Shown one piece after another: positions 21,450 through 35,512 of a stretch of 64,000 nt of DNA. The position numbers and the translations under genes were made by a program. The notes beneath the pieces were generated by a model. That model was given only the letters and a program-made list of their open reading frames with translations, was not told where the DNA came from and searched no databases. The stretch's first letter is position 1, and every line of letters begins with the position of its first letter. The stretch comes from a virus. Taxonomy: Duplodnaviria > Heunggongvirae > Uroviricota > Caudoviricetes. The stretch is taken from the IMG/VR virus record IMGVR_UViG_3300029415_000001, one strand, 5' to 3'.

Positions 21450-24400
21450 CTATATTTTTCCGCCTACGCCTTTAAACTTCTCAATAAACGAGACTATTTT
21501 CTGGAAAACTGCCTGTTTTTTCGTTTTATATTGCGGATTCAACGGACTAAGTTTTGGTAATGTTTCGTTTAATTCTGTGCCATTTTCGGTGGCATATTCG
21601 CGTTTTAAAGACGTGCGAATATAGCGTTTTGCTGCATCTTCATTGAGATTTTCTTCTTTTATCAATGCTTCTGCTTCACGTTGCTGTTCGCGTTGAGCAA
21701 ACGTAAAGAATGCGTCAATGATGCTGGCTTTGTCCGGTAAATCATCCAGGTTCGTTTGCTGAATAAAATCGACCACCAGGCCCTCTTTCGCCCGGTTCCC
21801 CAGGCTTGAACGAATTAAGCGTTTGACCTCTTCGATCATTTCGCCCTTACCTTTATTTTGTCTGTTGTGTTCGAAAATCAGTCCAAGGATATAATCCAGG
21901 TTTATTTCCTGAGACTTCAGCAAATCGACCTCAAAAACCACGTCATCCCAGTCAGTGGTTGATTTTTCTTTTTTATCAGCTTCTTTCTCGCGGCGCTGCC
22001 AGTCACGAATATCGTTATAGGCAGAACGATAATCCTGAATCTTGCGTTCAGCAGGGAGACGAATCGTTTGCAATTCAGCGAACTTTTCATCATCCACATA
22101 ATGTTCTTCTTTGAATTTTTCTACCGCAACAGGATCGCTAAGATCGATTTGTTGCAGGGCTTTCAGCGTGGCAAATTCATCATAGTTTTGCAGGATGTTC
22201 TCGGCACGCAGGTATTCACCAAACAGTTTAACGAAGTCTTTCTTCTCTTTTTCACTTTCAATACTGGCAGGGTCAGGGAACCGTTGTTCCAGTTCTGAAA
22301 CTACTGCCATAAAGCCGCGCTTAGCTTCACCAGTGGCAGCATCAGTAAAGCCTTCCATATACTCTGCATAACTCTTTTCTAAAACCACATTTTTGGTGTT
22401 TTTGTCACCAAACAGCGTTATGGCATCAATAGTTGAGCGTTCCAGATCCCGGAAAGTGACGATATTACCGAAGGTTTTAGTTGCATCATAAATACGGTTG
22501 GTGCGGGAAAATGCCTGCATCAAGCCGTGAAAACGCAGGTTTTTATCGACGAATAGCGTGTTCAATGTTGGAGCATCGAAGCCAGTTAAAAACATCCCCA
22601 CGACAATTAACAGATCGATATCCTGATTTTTAACCCGTTGGGCTAAATCGCGATAGTAGTTCTGAAAACCGTTACCGTCGGTGCTGAAGTTAGTTTTAAA
22701 ATAGCTGTTATACTCACGAATTGCAGCGTCAAGAAACTCTTTAGCACTGCTGTCCATTGCGCTGGTATCAAAAGTTTCATCGGAAATTTCACCAATGGCA
22801 TTTTGTTCTTCATTAGCGGCAAAGGAGAAGATTGTCGCAACACGCAGCGGTTTATAAGTTGCAGATTTATTAGCGGCTTCCTCTTGTAACCGTTTAAACG
22901 CCGCGTAATAGGCTTTTGCAGCATCCACGCTGCTCACTGCCAACATAGCATTAAAGCCTTTGGAACCTGGGAAAGTACGGTGGGTCTTCTGGCGGAAGTT
23001 ATTCAGAATATATTGCGTAATTTCCTGTATACGCATGGGATGAAGAAACGCCTGCTGATTTTCAGCCGCACTTAGTTTTTTCTCGTCAGTTTCTGTCTCT
23101 AAAGACTTAAACTGTGGCCGCACATCGTTGTAGTCCACCTTGAATTTGAGCACTTTTTCATCACGAATCGCATCGGTAATTACATACGAATGCAATTCAC
23201 GACCAAATACGCTGGCGGTCGTTTCTGAGCCTAAGGCGTTTTCCGGGAAAATAGGTGTGCCGGTAAAACCAAACTGATAATAGCGTTTGAATTTCTTCTT
23301 CAGGTTTTTCTGCGCTTCTCCAAACTGGCTGCGGTGGCATTCATCAAATATAAACACCACTTGCTGATTATATACAGACAGGTCGCTTTCTGCTTTCATC
23401 AGGTTATTGAGTTTCTGAATAGTAGTGACGATAATTTTGTTATCGTCCTTATCCAGATTTCGTTTAAGGCCTGCGGTATTTTCCGAGCCGTTGACGCTGT
23501 CTGGCGAAAAACGCTGATATTCCTTCATGGTCTGGTAATCGAGGTCTTTCCTGTCGACCACGAAGAAGACTTTATCAATAAAGTCCAGTTCTGTTGCCAG
23601 ACGCGCGGCTTTAAAGCTGGTCAGTGTTTTACCAGAACCGGTAGTGTGCCAGATAAAGCCACCGCTTTCGGGGTTAGACCAGTTTTTCGCTTTATAGGAG
23701 CTGTTGATTTTCCATAAGATTCGTTCGGTGGCGGCAATCTGGTACGGTCGCATCACCAGTAGCGTCTGACTACTGTCAAAAACGCTGTAGTTCACCAGAA
23801 CATTCAGCAGAGTATGTTTCTGGAAAAAGGTAGCGGTAAAGTCTTTGAGGTCTTTAATCAGCGTGTTGTCTGATTTCGCCCAATTCATGGTGAAGTCAAA
23901 ACTGTTTTTATCGCGCTTTGTTGTGTTGGCAAAATAACGGGTATCGGTGCCGTTAGAAATGACAAACAGTTGCAGATACTTAAACAGGGAATTTTCGCTG
24001 TTAAAACTCTCTTTACTGTAACGATGTATCTGGTTGAAAGCCTCACGAATCGCCACCCCGCGTTTTTTTAGTTCGATTTGCACCAGCGGTAAACCATTAA
24101 CCAGGATCGTGACGTCATAACGGTTAGCATGAGAACCCGTCTGTTCAAACTGCTGGATAATCTGCACCTTATTGCGCATGAGATTCTTTTTATCTATCAA
24201 ATAGATGTTCTCAAGTCGCCCGTCGTCAAAAATAAAGTCGCAGATATAGTCGATATGGATTTTACGGGTTTTATCCAGAATACCATCGCTGGGGTTGTCC
24301 AGATACTGCTCCGTGAAGCGCCGCCACTCGCTGTCATTAAACATCACACCATTGAGGCTCTGAAGCTGTTCCCGAACATTAGACAGCATTGCCGACTGTG

Positions 24401-24566
24401 ATTTTACGGAAATAAATTCATAACCCTGATTCCGCAGGTCCTGAATCAGTTCACGTTCCAGGTCCGATTCGCTCTGGTAGCTGTCGCTTGTTTGCTCAGC
24501 TTTGATGTACTTATCAAGGACGATAAAGTTATTGGATTCAGCAATGGTGTGTGTTTGATGAGTCAT
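21450..24566 (-). CDS. hsdR: type I restriction enzyme R subunit (EcoR124-like, type IC)
   Basis: 1038 aa; helicase motifs TGSGKT, FDECH, nuclease-like N-terminal region; length matches EcoR124I HsdR as recalled. Confidence 0.9.
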   Translation of the reverse strand: MTHQTHTIAESNNFIVLDKYIKAEQTSDSYQSESDLERELIQDLRNQGYEFISVKSQSAMLSNVREQLQSLNGVMFNDSEWRRFTEQYLDNPSDGILDKTRKIHIDYICDFIFDDGRLENIYLIDKKNLMRNKVQIIQQFEQTGSHANRYDVTILVNGLPLVQIELKKRGVAIREAFNQIHRYSKESFNSENSLFKYLQLFVISNGTDTRYFANTTKRDKNSFDFTMNWAKSDNTLIKDLKDFTATFFQKHTLLNVLVNYSVFDSSQTLLVMRPYQIAATERILWKINSSYKAKNWSNPESGGFIWHTTGSGKTLTSFKAARLATELDFIDKVFFVVDRKDLDYQTMKEYQRFSPDSVNGSENTAGLKRNLDKDDNKIIVTTIQKLNNLMKAESDLSVYNQQVVFIFDECHRSQFGEAQKNLKKKFKRYYQFGFTGTPIFPENALGSETTASVFGRELHSYVITDAIRDEKVLKFKVDYNDVRPQFKSLETETDEKKLSAAENQQAFLHPMRIQEITQYILNNFRQKTHRTFPGSKGFNAMLAVSSVDAAKAYYAAFKRLQEEAANKSATYKPLRVATIFSFAANEEQNAIGEISDETFDTSAMDSSAKEFLDAAIREYNSYFKTNFSTDGNGFQNYYRDLAQRVKNQDIDLLIVVGMFLTGFDAPTLNTLFVDKNLRFHGLMQAFSRTNRIYDATKTFGNIVTFRDLERSTIDAITLFGDKNTKNVVLEKSYAEYMEGFTDAATGEAKRGFMAVVSELEQRFPDPASIESEKEKKDFVKLFGEYLRAENILQNYDEFATLKALQQIDLSDPVAVEKFKEEHYVDDEKFAELQTIRLPAERKIQDYRSAYNDIRDWQRREKEADKKEKSTTDWDDVVFEVDLLKSQEINLDYILGLIFEHNRQNKGKGEMIEEVKRLIRSSLGNRAKEGLVVDFIQQTNLDDLPDKASIIDAFFTFAQREQQREAEALIKEENLNEDAAKRYIRTSLKREYATENGTELNETLPKLSPLNPQYKTKKQAVFQKIVSFIEKFKGVGGKI

Positions 24567-24687
24567 AGCGCATCCTTTGTGCCGCCTGGCAAGAGCCGGA
24601 AGGGCGTTAAGAGTGACTTCCGGCGCGTAAAAAATAGTCTATATACTGACCGGATGTTAAGGTGAGCCGGTCTGTAGCAATGGTCAA

Positions 24688-25940
<1,253 letters not shown>

Positions 25941-25944
<4 letters not shown>

Positions 25945-27503
25945 TTCTGCACCTCGCAGCCTTCAATTTCAGCCACAATCGCATCAATATCTTTGCGCAA
26001 TTGGTCGATTTTGCTGACCGTGGTTTTCAGCTCTGCATTCAACTCAGCGATATCGATAATTTCGCGAGTATCTTTCGCTTCCACATAGCTGCTCACCGAC
26101 AGGTTATAGTCATTAGCGACAACGGTCTCAAACGCGACAGATTTCGCCAGATGAGCAACATCTTCCTTGCTGGCAAATACCTGCATAATCTGGTCGATAT
26201 GGGCATCGGTCAGGATATTGTTGTTAGTCTCTTTTTTGAACAGTTCGCTGGCGTCAATAAACTGAACGTTGGTATCCGTTTTATGTTTAGACAGAACCAG
26301 AATGTTTACGGCAATGGTGGTGCCAAAGAACAGGTTCGGAGCCAGTGAAATCACGGTTTCGACATAGTTATTGTCAACCAGATACTGACGGATTTTCTGC
26401 TCCGCGCCGCCACGGTAAAAAATACCCGGGAAGCAGACAATCGCAGCACGACCTTTGGCCGAAAGATAATTCAGTGCATGTAGTACAAAGGCGAAGTCAG
26501 CTTTTGATTTGGGGGCCAGAACGCCAGCCGGGGCAAAACGCTCATCGTTAATCAGCGTCGGGTCATCGCTGCCAATCCATTTCACCGAATACGGCGGGTT
26601 AGAAACGATGGCATCAAACGGTTTTTCATCTCTGAAGTGCGGTTCAGTCAGCGTATTGCCCAGCTTGATATCAAACTTGTCGTAGTTGATGTTGTGCAAA
26701 AACATGTTCATACGCGCCAGGTTATAGGTCGTATGGTTGATTTCCTGACCAAAAAAACCTTCTTCGATGATATGGTCATCAAACTGTTTTTTCGCCTGCA
26801 ACAACAGCGAACCGGAGCCTGCTGCCGGGTCGTAGATTTTGTTAACGTTGGTCTGCCCGTGCATAGCCAGTTGTGCAATCAGCTTAGAGACGTGCTGCGG
26901 TGTAAAGAACTCGCCGCCGGACTTACCGGCATTCGCCGCATAGTTAGAAATCAGGAACTCATAGGCATCGCCGAACAGGTCAATCTGATGTTCGTGGAAG
27001 TCACCAAGTTTTAGCCCTTCAACCCCTTTCAGAACCGCAGCCAGGCGGGCATTTTTATCTTTAACGGTGTTACCCAGGCGGTTACTGGTAGTATCGAAAT
27101 CAGCAAACAAACCTTTGATGTCAGCTTCTGAAGGGTAACCGTAAGCAGAACTTTCGATAGCAACGAAGATGCTGTTTAAATCCGCATTCAGTCTGTCATT
27201 GGTATTTGCTTTCGCAGCTACGTTGCAGAAAAGCTGACTGGGGTAGATGAAGTAGCCTTTGGTTCTGATGGCATCGTCTTTAATGTCATCAGTAATAATG
27301 CCGTCATCAAGTGCCGCATAACAGATGCTGTCATCACCATTTTCCATATAACTGGAAAAATTTTCGCTGATAAAACGGTAGAAAAGTGCGCCCAGAACGT
27401 ATTGCTTAAAATCCCATCCATCGACAGAACCTCTGACATCGTTAGCAATTTGCCAGATTTGACGATGAAGCTCTGCACGTTGTTGAATACTTGTCATTTT
27501 CAT
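25941..27503 (-). CDS. hsdM: type I restriction-modification methyltransferase subunit
   Basis: 520 aa; N6-adenine MTase motifs [10 protein letters not shown] (motif I) and NPPYS (motif IV); ATGA overlap with hsdS. Confidence 0.9.
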
Positions 27504-27679
27504 CCACTTATTTCAGGTTTATGTAATTGGATGTGATTCTACAGCAACTTGGATGCTTTAGCAGTTCGGACATTAGGCTACGAATGACCTGCCTAGAGGT
27601 TTGTTAAGCCGCAAAGTGCTGGTGCTTTATGCCTGTGAAGTTTATAATTGTGTACACATAACGAGTACACGAGGTGTTT

Positions 27680-27901
27680 ATGCGATCCATTAACTTCCGT
27701 ACCGCGCGCGGCAACCTTTCTGAAGTGCTCAACAATGTTGAAGCCGGGGAAGAGGTTGAAATCACCCGCAGAGGCCGTGAGCCAGCAGTAATTGTCAGCA
27801 AGGCTACTTTCGAAGCCTACAAAAAAGCGGCGCTGGATGCTGAATTTGCATCCCTGTTTGACACCCTGGACTCCACCAACAAGGAACTGGTTAACCGATA
27901 A
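27680..27901 (+). CDS. phd: Phd antitoxin (prevent host death)
   Basis: 73 aa; [49 protein letters not shown] matches P1 Phd as recalled. Confidence 0.85.
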   Translation: MRSINFRTARGNLSEVLNNVEAGEEVEITRRGREPAVIVSKATFEAYKKAALDAEFASLFDTLDSTNKELVNR

Positions 27902-28281
27902 TGAGGCATATATCACCGGAAGAACTTATTGCGCTTCATGATGCGAATATAAACCGCTACGGCGGCCTGCCGGGAATGTCAGATCCGGGTAGGGCAGAGG
28001 CCATTATCGGGAGAGTTCAGGCCAGAGTTGCCTACGAAGAGATCACCGACCTTTTCGAAGTCTCCGCCACCTACCTGGTGGCTACAGCGAGAGGGCATAT
28101 ATTCAATGATGCCAATAAGCGTACCGCGCTAAACAGTGCGCTGTTATTTCTACGCCGTAACGGGGTGCAGGTATTTGATTCACCTGAACTGGCAGACCTT
28201 ACTGTAGGCGCTGCGACTGGCGAGATATCTGTATCTTCTGTCGCCGACACGTTACGTAGATTGTATGGTTCTGCGGAGTAG
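27901..28281 (+). CDS. doc: Doc toxin (Fic-fold kinase)
   Basis: 126 aa; Fic motif [10 protein letters not shown]; ATGA coupling to phd. Confidence 0.85.
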   Translation: MRHISPEELIALHDANINRYGGLPGMSDPGRAEAIIGRVQARVAYEEITDLFEVSATYLVATARGHIFNDANKRTALNSALLFLRRNGVQVFDSPELADLTVGAATGEISVSSVADTLRRLYGSAE

Positions 28282-28285
28282 ATTA

Positions 28286-28465
28286 ATGGCACGCAAATAC
28301 AACAAATTGTCCCGTAAAGCGTTAAAGATGCTTCTTGATGGCGTGAGTCGCCGCGAGGTAAAGCAATACCTGGTTGGTAAGCAAATTGGTGCCAGGACCG
28401 CTATTGCTGTGTTATGCCGTCAGGAAATGGTTGTGCTTAAACAGAGAATGCCGGGCAGCAGATAA
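28286..28465 (+). CDS. hypothetical small protein downstream of doc
   Basis: GGAG RBS before ATG 28286; 59 aa. Confidence 0.35.
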   Translation: MARKYNKLSRKALKMLLDGVSRREVKQYLVGKQIGARTAIAVLCRQEMVVLKQRMPGSR

Positions 28466-28492
28466 AGCCCAATCAGTGATGAAAGGTGTGAT

Positions 28493-29536
28493 GTGAAAGC
28501 CGTAATTACTCCCTTTGTACAAAAAGAGCTTGGCGTCGCCACATTCAAAGTGGATCAGGAAGTCAGAAAGCTGGTGGAGGCTGGCCGTAAATTTATTATG
28601 GAGCCGGTGCCGCGTGAGTTAATCGAGCACATGGACGACGGCCTCGTTGTTTCCGAGCAAACTATGGCAACAAATGAGGCGTTGCAGCCGTTTTTTAACA
28701 GCGATGAACTGTTTCGCCGTATTGGTGGAATTGACGCGCTGGTGGCGTGGTTGCGTAGGAAAGAGGGTCAATGCCAGGCCGCAGATCGTAGTTGGTGTGA
28801 CAATCATATTGTCCACGCTGAACGAGACAATAGCGCGGTGTTGTTGTGCTGGCATCACGATAACCATTATCGGATGCGTGGTTTTAATGAGCTGAAAGAA
28901 ACGCTGCACAATAATCGCGTTAACTGGATACTGGATGTCGCCCGTCAGGAAATGGGCCTTTCAAATAGCCATGATTTAAGTATTCAGGAGCTGTGCTGGT
29001 GGGCTTTCATGCGCAACATGATGCACCTGATGCCGGAAGAAGTCTGCCGCATATCAATAAATAAGATGAAGGCTACTCCGCAGGATAGCGGACCTCTGAA
29101 AGAGGCGGATATTCGCCCGTATGACGATCGCGCTACAGCATATGTTCAGATGATGGAAGAACGCGCCGCGCCGATGCGTGCAAAAGTATGCCCTGTGGAT
29201 GTTGACTCCGACCCTGGCATGGCGCATTTCAAAATACCAAAACTTCAATCGCTAAAATTGCCCGAGTACATGGATTTTGTGGCTTCCCGTCCATGCTGTG
29301 GCTGTGGAGCTGCGGGAGCTGGCGCTCACATTACGCCTTATATCGTTCGTCATAGTCGATTATGCGCGCATGACATTTATGCTATTCCTCTGTGCCAGTC
29401 ATGCCAGCGTGATATTGAGCGTGACCGCGATAATTGGGAGAAGACGCACGGTAGGCTGGCGATGCATCAACGATTGTTCTTTGATTACGCGCTTGGAGTC
29501 GGCGCTATCACAAGTCATTCGTCGAGCGTTAGATAA
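28493..29536 (+). CDS. hypothetical Cys-rich protein downstream of doc
   Basis: 347 aa ORF; C-terminal [12 protein letters not shown]...CQSCQ. Confidence 0.5.
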   Translation: MKAVITPFVQKELGVATFKVDQEVRKLVEAGRKFIMEPVPRELIEHMDDGLVVSEQTMATNEALQPFFNSDELFRRIGGIDALVAWLRRKEGQCQAADRSWCDNHIVHAERDNSAVLLCWHHDNHYRMRGFNELKETLHNNRVNWILDVARQEMGLSNSHDLSIQELCWWAFMRNMMHLMPEEVCRISINKMKATPQDSGPLKEADIRPYDDRATAYVQMMEERAAPMRAKVCPVDVDSDPGMAHFKIPKLQSLKLPEYMDFVASRPCCGCGAAGAGAHITPYIVRHSRLCAHDIYAIPLCQSCQRDIERDRDNWEKTHGRLAMHQRLFFDYALGVGAITSHSSSVR

Positions 29537-29537
29537 A

Positions 29538-29554
29538 ATTGCTCTAATGTATTG
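29538..29554 (+). promoter_or_regulatory. C1 operator-like site (ATTGCTCTAATGTATTG)
   Basis: 13/17 consensus match. Confidence 0.5.
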
Positions 29555-29624
29555 CTATTTCTTTAATCTAGGGTATTATATTCGACGTTGATTAGTTGAC
29601 ATGGGCTAATCAGTAGGTGACAGG

Positions 29625-30077
29625 ATGTTACTTAACTGGCAGGGACGCCACTTCATGGAAATAAATCACTCACGAATAACATCGTACGAGATTGCGGATT
29701 ACATGATCCGCACTAAATCTCTTCTATCAGCGAAAGAACTCGCAGCAATTCTTGAAAAGGAATACCCGCATCTGGATGTCGATAAGCGCGATGTTTATCT
29801 GCGCTTAAAGGCTATCGCTGTGTCTAAGTATTCGTCTGTTTTGATTGATGACAGTACACGCCCACGTAGATTTCAGATCCACTCTCTGAATCCTGAATTC
29901 TTTCGCCGTAGCCGCGCTCCGCGCCGGTTTGATGAAAAACTCCAGAACGAACTCTATATGACGCAGGACGAAAAGGAACGCCGGGAGCACCAGCCTTGGG
30001 TAATGGCGCGTCAACTTTTCAATAAGGTGGCCCGTCAGCACCGTCATTACGGTAATGCCACATCCGCACGTATCTGA
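29625..30077 (+). CDS. hypothetical protein at the position of the P1 late-promoter activator (lpa), immediately upstream of pacA
   Basis: 150 aa ORF; assignment by synteny only. Confidence 0.45.
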   Translation: MLLNWQGRHFMEINHSRITSYEIADYMIRTKSLLSAKELAAILEKEYPHLDVDKRDVYLRLKAIAVSKYSSVLIDDSTRPRRFQIHSLNPEFFRRSRAPRRFDEKLQNELYMTQDEKERREHQPWVMARQLFNKVARQHRHYGNATSARI

Positions 30078-30162
30078 TTGATTGCTTGCCCGTTCCGGGC
30101 CTTTTGACATGTGACTTTCGTTACCCTCGCGTCAAAAAGAGTTTTTACGAAAGGAAGCATAA

Positions 30163-31356
30163 GTGACCTGGGACGATCACAAAAAGAATTTTGCTCGCCT
30201 GGCGCGAGATGGTGGTTACACCATCGCACAGTATGCCGCCGAGTTTAATCTTAACCCTAATACCGCACGTCGTTATCTCCGTGCCTTCAAAGAAGACACC
30301 AGGACTGCGGACAGCCGCAAGCCAAATAAGCCAGTCAGGAAGCCACTAAAAAGCATGATCATTGATCACTCTAATGATCAACATGCAGGTGATCATATTG
30401 CGGCTGAAATAGCGGAAAAACAGAGAGTTAATGCCGTTGTCAGTGCCGCAGTCGAGAATGCGAAGCGCCAAAATAAGCGCATAAATGATTGTTCAGATGA
30501 TCATGACGTGATCACCCGCGCCCACCGGACCTTACGTGATCGCCTGGAACGCGACACCCTGGATGATGATGGTGAACGCTTTGAATTCGAAGCTGGCGAT
30601 TACCTGATAGATAACGTTGAAGCGCGGAAGGCCGCGCGCGCTATGTTGCGTCGGTCCGGGGCCGATGTTCTGGAAACCACTCTTCTTGAAAAGTCTCTTT
30701 CTCATCTCCTTATGCTGGAGAACGCCAGGGATACGTGTATTCGCCTGGTGCAGGAAATGCGCGATCAGCAAAAAGACGATGATGAAGGTACTCCGCCTGA
30801 ATACCGTATCGCGAGCATGCTAAACAGCTGTTCCGCGCAGATAAGCAGCCTGATCAACACCATTTACAGCATCCGGAATAACTATCGAAAAGAAAGCCGG
30901 GAGGCGGAAAAGCACGCTTTGTCTATGGGGCAAGCTGGCATTGTTAAGCTGGCATACGAACGAAAGCGTGAAAATAACTGGTCAGTGCTGGAAGCGGCTG
31001 AATTCATCGAGGCGCATGGAGGGAAAGTGCCGCCCCTGATGCTGGAGCAAATCAAAGCCGATCTGCGTGCTCCTAAGACCAATACCGATGATGAGGAAAA
31101 CCAAACAGCATCTGGCGCTCCATCACTTGAAGATCTGGATAAAATCGCGCGAGAACGGGCCGCCAGCCGCCGCGCTGATGCCGCATTGTGGATTGAGCAT
31201 CGTAGAGAAGAAATTGCCGATATCGTCGATACAGGTGGTTATGGTGATGTCGATGCGGAAGGCATATCAAACGAAGCATGGCTTGAACAGGATCTGGACG
31301 AAGACGAGGAGGAAGACGAAGAAGTTACCCGCAAACTGTACGGGGATGATGATTAA
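30163..31356 (+). CDS. pacA: terminase small subunit / pac-recognition protein PacA
   Basis: 397 aa; contains the pac hexamer cluster within its coding sequence; acidic C-terminus. Confidence 0.8.
   Translation: MTWDDHKKNFARLARDGGYTIAQYAAEFNLNPNTARRYLRAFKEDTRTADSRKPNKPVRKPLKSMIIDHSNDQHAGDHIAAEIAEKQRVNAVVSAAVENAKRQNKRINDCSDDHDVITRAHRTLRDRLERDTLDDDGERFEFEAGDYLIDNVEARKAARAMLRRSGADVLETTLLEKSLSHLLMLENARDTCIRLVQEMRDQQKDDDEGTPPEYRIASMLNSCSAQISSLINTIYSIRNNYRKESREAEKHALSMGQAGIVKLAYERKRENNWSVLEAAEFIEAHGGKVPPLMLEQIKADLRAPKTNTDDEENQTASGAPSLEDLDKIARERAASRRADAALWIEHRREEIADIVDTGGYGDVDAEGISNEAWLEQDLDEDEEEDEEVTRKLYGDDD
30356..30542 (+). other. P1-type pac site: four TGATCA hexamers (30356-30395) and three TGATCA/G hexamers (30498-30542) flanking the cleavage region
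   Basis: Hexamers at 30356, 30364, 30375, 30390 and 30498, 30509, 30537; each contains a GATC Dam site. Confidence 0.85.
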
Positions 31357-32840
31357 TGGCCAGAAGTTGCGTAACGGACCCACGTTGGCGCGAGCTGGTG
31401 GCGCTATATCGTTATGACTGGATTGCGGCCGCTGATGTGTTGTTTGGGAAGACACCAACCTGGCAGCAGGATGAGATCATTGAGTCCACGCAGCAGGACG
31501 GCAGTTGGACAAGTGTGACCTCCGGCCATGGTACTGGTAAATCGGATATGACGAGTATCATTGCAATACTCTTCATCATGTTTTTCCCCGGCGCTCGCGT
31601 CATTCTGGTCGCTAACAAAAGACAGCAAGTCCTTGATGGTATTTTCAAATACATAAAGAGCAATTGGGCTACTGCTGTTAGCAGATTCCCGTGGTTGTCG
31701 AAGTATTTCATTCTTACAGAAACGTCTTTTTTTGAGGTGACTGGCAAGGGTGTTTGGACAATATTGATAAAGTCCTGTCGCCCCGGAAATGAGGAGGCGT
31801 TGGCTGGTGAACACGCCGATCATCTCTTGTATATCATCGACGAAGCGTCGGGTGTGAGTGATAAAGCATTCAGTGTGATAACAGGTGCGCTGACCGGTAA
31901 GGATAACCGTATTCTGCTTCTTTCCCAGCCTACGCGACCTTCAGGCTATTTCTACGATTCACACCACAGACTAGCTATTCGCCCGGGAAATCCTGATGGA
32001 TTGTTTACTGCGATAATACTGAATAGTGAAGAATCTCCGCTTGTAGATGCAAAATTTATACGAGCAAAACTTGCGGAGTATGGCGGTCGTGATAACCCCA
32101 TGTACATGATCAAAGTACGTGGTGAATTCCCCAAATCGCAAGATGGCTTTCTTCTTGGTCGTGATGAGGTTGAGCGGGCGACGCGGCGAAAGGTCAAGAT
32201 TGCCAAAGGATGGGGCTGGCTTGCATGTGTGGACGTTGCTGGTGGTACGGGACGGGATAAGTCCGTTATCAATATCATGATGGTGTCCGGCCAGCGAAAT
32301 AAACGCCGTGTAATCAACTATCGAATGCTGGAATACACAGACGTTACAGAAACGCAGCTTGCCGCCAAAATTTTCGCAGAATGTAATCCTGAGCGATTCC
32401 CAAATATCACCATAGCGATAGACGGCGATGGCCTGGGTAAAGCAACGGCGGATCTGATGTACGAGTATTATGGTATTACCGTACAGCGTATACGCTGGGG
32501 TAAAAAGATGCATAGCCGTGAAGATAAGAGCCTGTACTTTGATAAACGTGCTTATGCCAACGTTCAAGCCGCAGAGGCCGTAAAATCTGGTCGTATGAGA
32601 CTGGATAAGGGTAATGAAACTATTGAGGAAGCGTCGAAAATCCCTGTAGGGATTAACTCCGCAGGTCAATGGAAGGTGATGAGTAAGGAGGATATGAAGA
32701 AAAAACTCAACCTGCACTCACCAGACCATTGGGATACATATTGTTTCGCTATGCTGGCGGATTATGTTCCCCAGGATGAAGTGCTTAGCGTCGAAGACGA
32801 AGCGCAGGTTGATGAAGCTCTGGCATGGCTTAATGAATGA
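31356..32840 (+). CDS. pacB: terminase large subunit PacB
   Basis: 494 aa; Walker A-like GHGTGKS and Walker B-like [10 protein letters not shown]; ATGA-coupled to pacA. Confidence 0.8.
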   Translation: MARSCVTDPRWRELVALYRYDWIAAADVLFGKTPTWQQDEIIESTQQDGSWTSVTSGHGTGKSDMTSIIAILFIMFFPGARVILVANKRQQVLDGIFKYIKSNWATAVSRFPWLSKYFILTETSFFEVTGKGVWTILIKSCRPGNEEALAGEHADHLLYIIDEASGVSDKAFSVITGALTGKDNRILLLSQPTRPSGYFYDSHHRLAIRPGNPDGLFTAIILNSEESPLVDAKFIRAKLAEYGGRDNPMYMIKVRGEFPKSQDGFLLGRDEVERATRRKVKIAKGWGWLACVDVAGGTGRDKSVINIMMVSGQRNKRRVINYRMLEYTDVTETQLAAKIFAECNPERFPNITIAIDGDGLGKATADLMYEYYGITVQRIRWGKKMHSREDKSLYFDKRAYANVQAAEAVKSGRMRLDKGNETIEEASKIPVGINSAGQWKVMSKEDMKKKLNLHSPDHWDTYCFAMLADYVPQDEVLSVEDEAQVDEALAWLNE

Positions 32841-32843
32841 ATA

Positions 32844-32860
32844 TTTGCTCTAATAAATTG
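32844..32860 (+). promoter_or_regulatory. C1 operator (TTTGCTCTAATAAATTG)
   Basis: 15/17 consensus match just downstream of pacB. Confidence 0.6.
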
Positions 32861-33397
32861 TGTTTTTTAACTACCGATGTTACATTGAGCCTGACCTCTT
32901 GCGCCTTGAGGCATTTTCGGTTTATGCTTATCAGGCACCTCATTAAAACGGGTGCCGGGATTGGCCTCCCGCTTAAGTCTAAGGCGATACAGACGCCGCT
33001 CGCGTCTTTTTTTTGTATCGGCGTACACGCACACCTCTACAATGGTGGGCTGTATGGGGCTACCTTCGGGTAGGCTGGTTACCTTGGACGCCAGTAAGGC
33101 CAACTCCGTACAGTCCACCGCCAGCAAGATTGGTCTCTTCTGCGGTGGTTACATACCAACGTCTAAGGAGGCTGCCAATATGGCTACTATCCCTACCCCA
33201 ACTCATCCTGAATTTATCTGGCGCTTTTACTCCTGCCAAAAACGTCACTATCACTTCGTTATTGCACCGACAGAAGATGAGGCCCGCTCTCAGCTTCCTG
33301 ACGCCCCATGTATTTTCTCTGCCCGTTTTTCCACTGATTCACGCAATTCTCTCAGTTACTGGTGCCTCCCTGTTAACGCTTCTGCTCAGGAGGGACT

Positions 33398-34516
33398 ATG
33401 AGAACGTCATTAGTCACCCGTGAAGAGATGATCGAGGCAATTGAACAGCACACTGCCTGTATCAGTACCAGGGATATACCAGGCGTTATTGCCAACTACT
33501 TCATGATCACCAAACAACTTTACCGGAGAAAGGACAAGAACGCGGTTCACCGTATCCTGTTGTCTGATATCCGCGAATACCTGCTCGAACAGGGTCATCT
33601 GAATTACGTAACCGCCGCAGCCGAAGCACGCAAGGAGGCACACAGAATGAAAGCAACTAACGTTAAATCAGAAAAAATTCATGCACCTTCAGTTCAAGAA
33701 TCGGAGCTGGTGGTTGTTCAGAATCAGTCTGATGAAATTCCCGTTCTGGAATGGCAGGGAGTGCGTGTAGTGACAACCGAGACTCTTGCTAGAGGGTATG
33801 GGACAGAAACAATCCGTATTCGCCAAAATCATCATGAGAACAAAGTACGCTTTGTTGAAGGGAAGCACTTTTTCAAAGTTGAAGGAGAATCATTGCGCGA
33901 GTTGAAGCACAGAGTAGCTTTAAACTACTCTGTAAAAATTGCTCGCAATGTTCGCTCACTCACCCTCTGGACAGAACGCGGCGCAGCCCGCCACGCTAAA
34001 ATGCTCGAAACCGATCAGGCATGGGCATTCTTTGAAAAACTGGAAGACAGCTACTTCCGACAAAAAGAACAGCAACCGATCGCAATCCCCCAGACGCTTC
34101 CTGAAGCCCTACGCCTGGCTGCCGAACTGGCTGAACAAAAGCAACTTCTGGAACAGAAAGCCCACCAGCTAAATCAGCAGCTGGTGGCCGCCGCTCCTAA
34201 AGTCGATTTTGCCGACCGGGTATCAGTAGCTAAAGGGATCCTGATTGGGAATTTTGCAAAGGTTGTTGGACTTAAACAAAACGCGCTGTTTGTCTGGTTA
34301 CGGGAGAACGGCATCCTGATAGCGTCCGGTGGACGTAAAAATGTGCCGTTCCAGCAGTACATCAACGCGGGGTATTTCACGGTGAAAGAAGTGGTGCTGG
34401 ATGATGAAGATGGCTACCAGATACGGTTGACGCCTCAATTAACGGGTAAAGGCCAGCAGTGGTTGACGCGTAAACTGCTCGATGCTGGCTTGTTAAAACC
34501 GGTGGCGGCTGAATAA
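33398..34516 (+). CDS. phage antirepressor-like protein (KilAC/Ant C-terminal domain type)
   Basis: 372 aa; GGAGG RBS; central PVLEWQGVRVVTTETLARGYG (ORF6N/Bro-N-like) and C-terminal QTLPEALRLAAELAEQKQLLEQKAHQL...DFADR (KilAC-type signature). Confidence 0.6.
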   Translation: MRTSLVTREEMIEAIEQHTACISTRDIPGVIANYFMITKQLYRRKDKNAVHRILLSDIREYLLEQGHLNYVTAAAEARKEAHRMKATNVKSEKIHAPSVQESELVVVQNQSDEIPVLEWQGVRVVTTETLARGYGTETIRIRQNHHENKVRFVEGKHFFKVEGESLRELKHRVALNYSVKIARNVRSLTLWTERGAARHAKMLETDQAWAFFEKLEDSYFRQKEQQPIAIPQTLPEALRLAAELAEQKQLLEQKAHQLNQQLVAAAPKVDFADRVSVAKGILIGNFAKVVGLKQNALFVWLRENGILIASGGRKNVPFQQYINAGYFTVKEVVLDDEDGYQIRLTPQLTGKGQQWLTRKLLDAGLLKPVAAE

Positions 34517-34548
34517 TGGAAGAATGCCCGGTTGATGCCGGGCATAAT

Positions 34549-35400
34549 TTATTGCGCGCTTTCGGGGTTGTCGTTTACTGGCTGCCCCTTCTTGGTTTTA
34601 CGGCTGCGCGTAACTGATGCGGCTGACTTAACCTTTTTCTCTTCGCGAGTGATGGCAATTTGTTTTTTTACATTTTCAATATCTGCCAGGCGATATATTT
34701 TTGCTTGCGGCCAGCGGTCGCAGATGATCGGTTCTATGGAGTCATAAAGGCTAAATTTTGCTTTTTCGAATTCACCGTTGATGATAATTCCATCACGGAG
34801 AGTTTCATCGCAGATAAACACGCCACACAGTGGCACATGGTAACTAACTGATTTACCATCATTGTAGTTAGGGCTACTGGAAATGTAGTGGACGCGCAGC
34901 ATTGTTTCGCTAAAGCCGTGTACGCGCATACGGAATTTTTCATCCTCCGGGTACTGCCTCATTAGCTCTTTTGTTGCTTCCAGGTTCTCTATGTATTTCG
35001 CACTGTGCTCATTGAGCCCCGCGCTTTTTTGGATGCGAATGTCCTTATCAATCAGATGAATAATGCGGCCAGCGGTCATGTTGACGCTGTTCACAGCTTC
35101 TGTCTGATAAGTTGTAACCTTACGTACACCGCGAAGGATGTTAGGCACTGGATATAAAATAGTCTTTGGGATATTGAGGTCTGGGTACTGTTCCAGTTCC
35201 CGCGCCATTAAAGTCCATTTATCAATTTCAGCCTGAATGCTGTCAGTTTCTTTGAACGGTAGAACGACAACCGGGCGTACAGGACGACCGTCGCTGGCTG
35301 TATCAACGTGTTGGGCGCGTGCAACAGCTTTTTTTAGAAAGAGATCCCTGAAGCTGACGAACTCCTGGTACAGTTGTTCGCCGTAGACATAATTTATCAT
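34549..35400 (-). CDS. c1: C1 repressor of lysis (P1 immunity repressor)
   Basis: 283 aa; recognised as P1 C1 from sequence; adjacent coi and multiple operators. Confidence 0.9.
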   Translation of the reverse strand: MINYVYGEQLYQEFVSFRDLFLKKAVARAQHVDTASDGRPVRPVVVLPFKETDSIQAEIDKWTLMARELEQYPDLNIPKTILYPVPNILRGVRKVTTYQTEAVNSVNMTAGRIIHLIDKDIRIQKSAGLNEHSAKYIENLEATKELMRQYPEDEKFRMRVHGFSETMLRVHYISSSPNYNDGKSVSYHVPLCGVFICDETLRDGIIINGEFEKAKFSLYDSIEPIICDRWPQAKIYRLADIENVKKQIAITREEKKVKSAASVTRSRKTKKGQPVNDNPESAQ

Positions 35401-35495
35401 TGATCCTCCTCCAGAATTGACATGGTCAATAACGCCCGGCTGAGAAAACCGGTCATTACTGACCTATATTATAGAGGGATCAAACAAAAATAATA

Positions 35496-35512
35496 GATTT
35501 ATTAGTGCATTT
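35496..35512 (-). promoter_or_regulatory. C1 operator-like site between coi and c1
   Basis: Minus-strand AATGCACTAATAAATCT, 13/17 match. Confidence 0.5.

Noticed and set aside
22068-24401. Plus-strand ORFs of 76-127 aa inside hsdR
   Set aside because: Antisense to a 1038-aa ORF with helicase motifs; Phe/Lys-rich translations typical of AT-rich antisense frames
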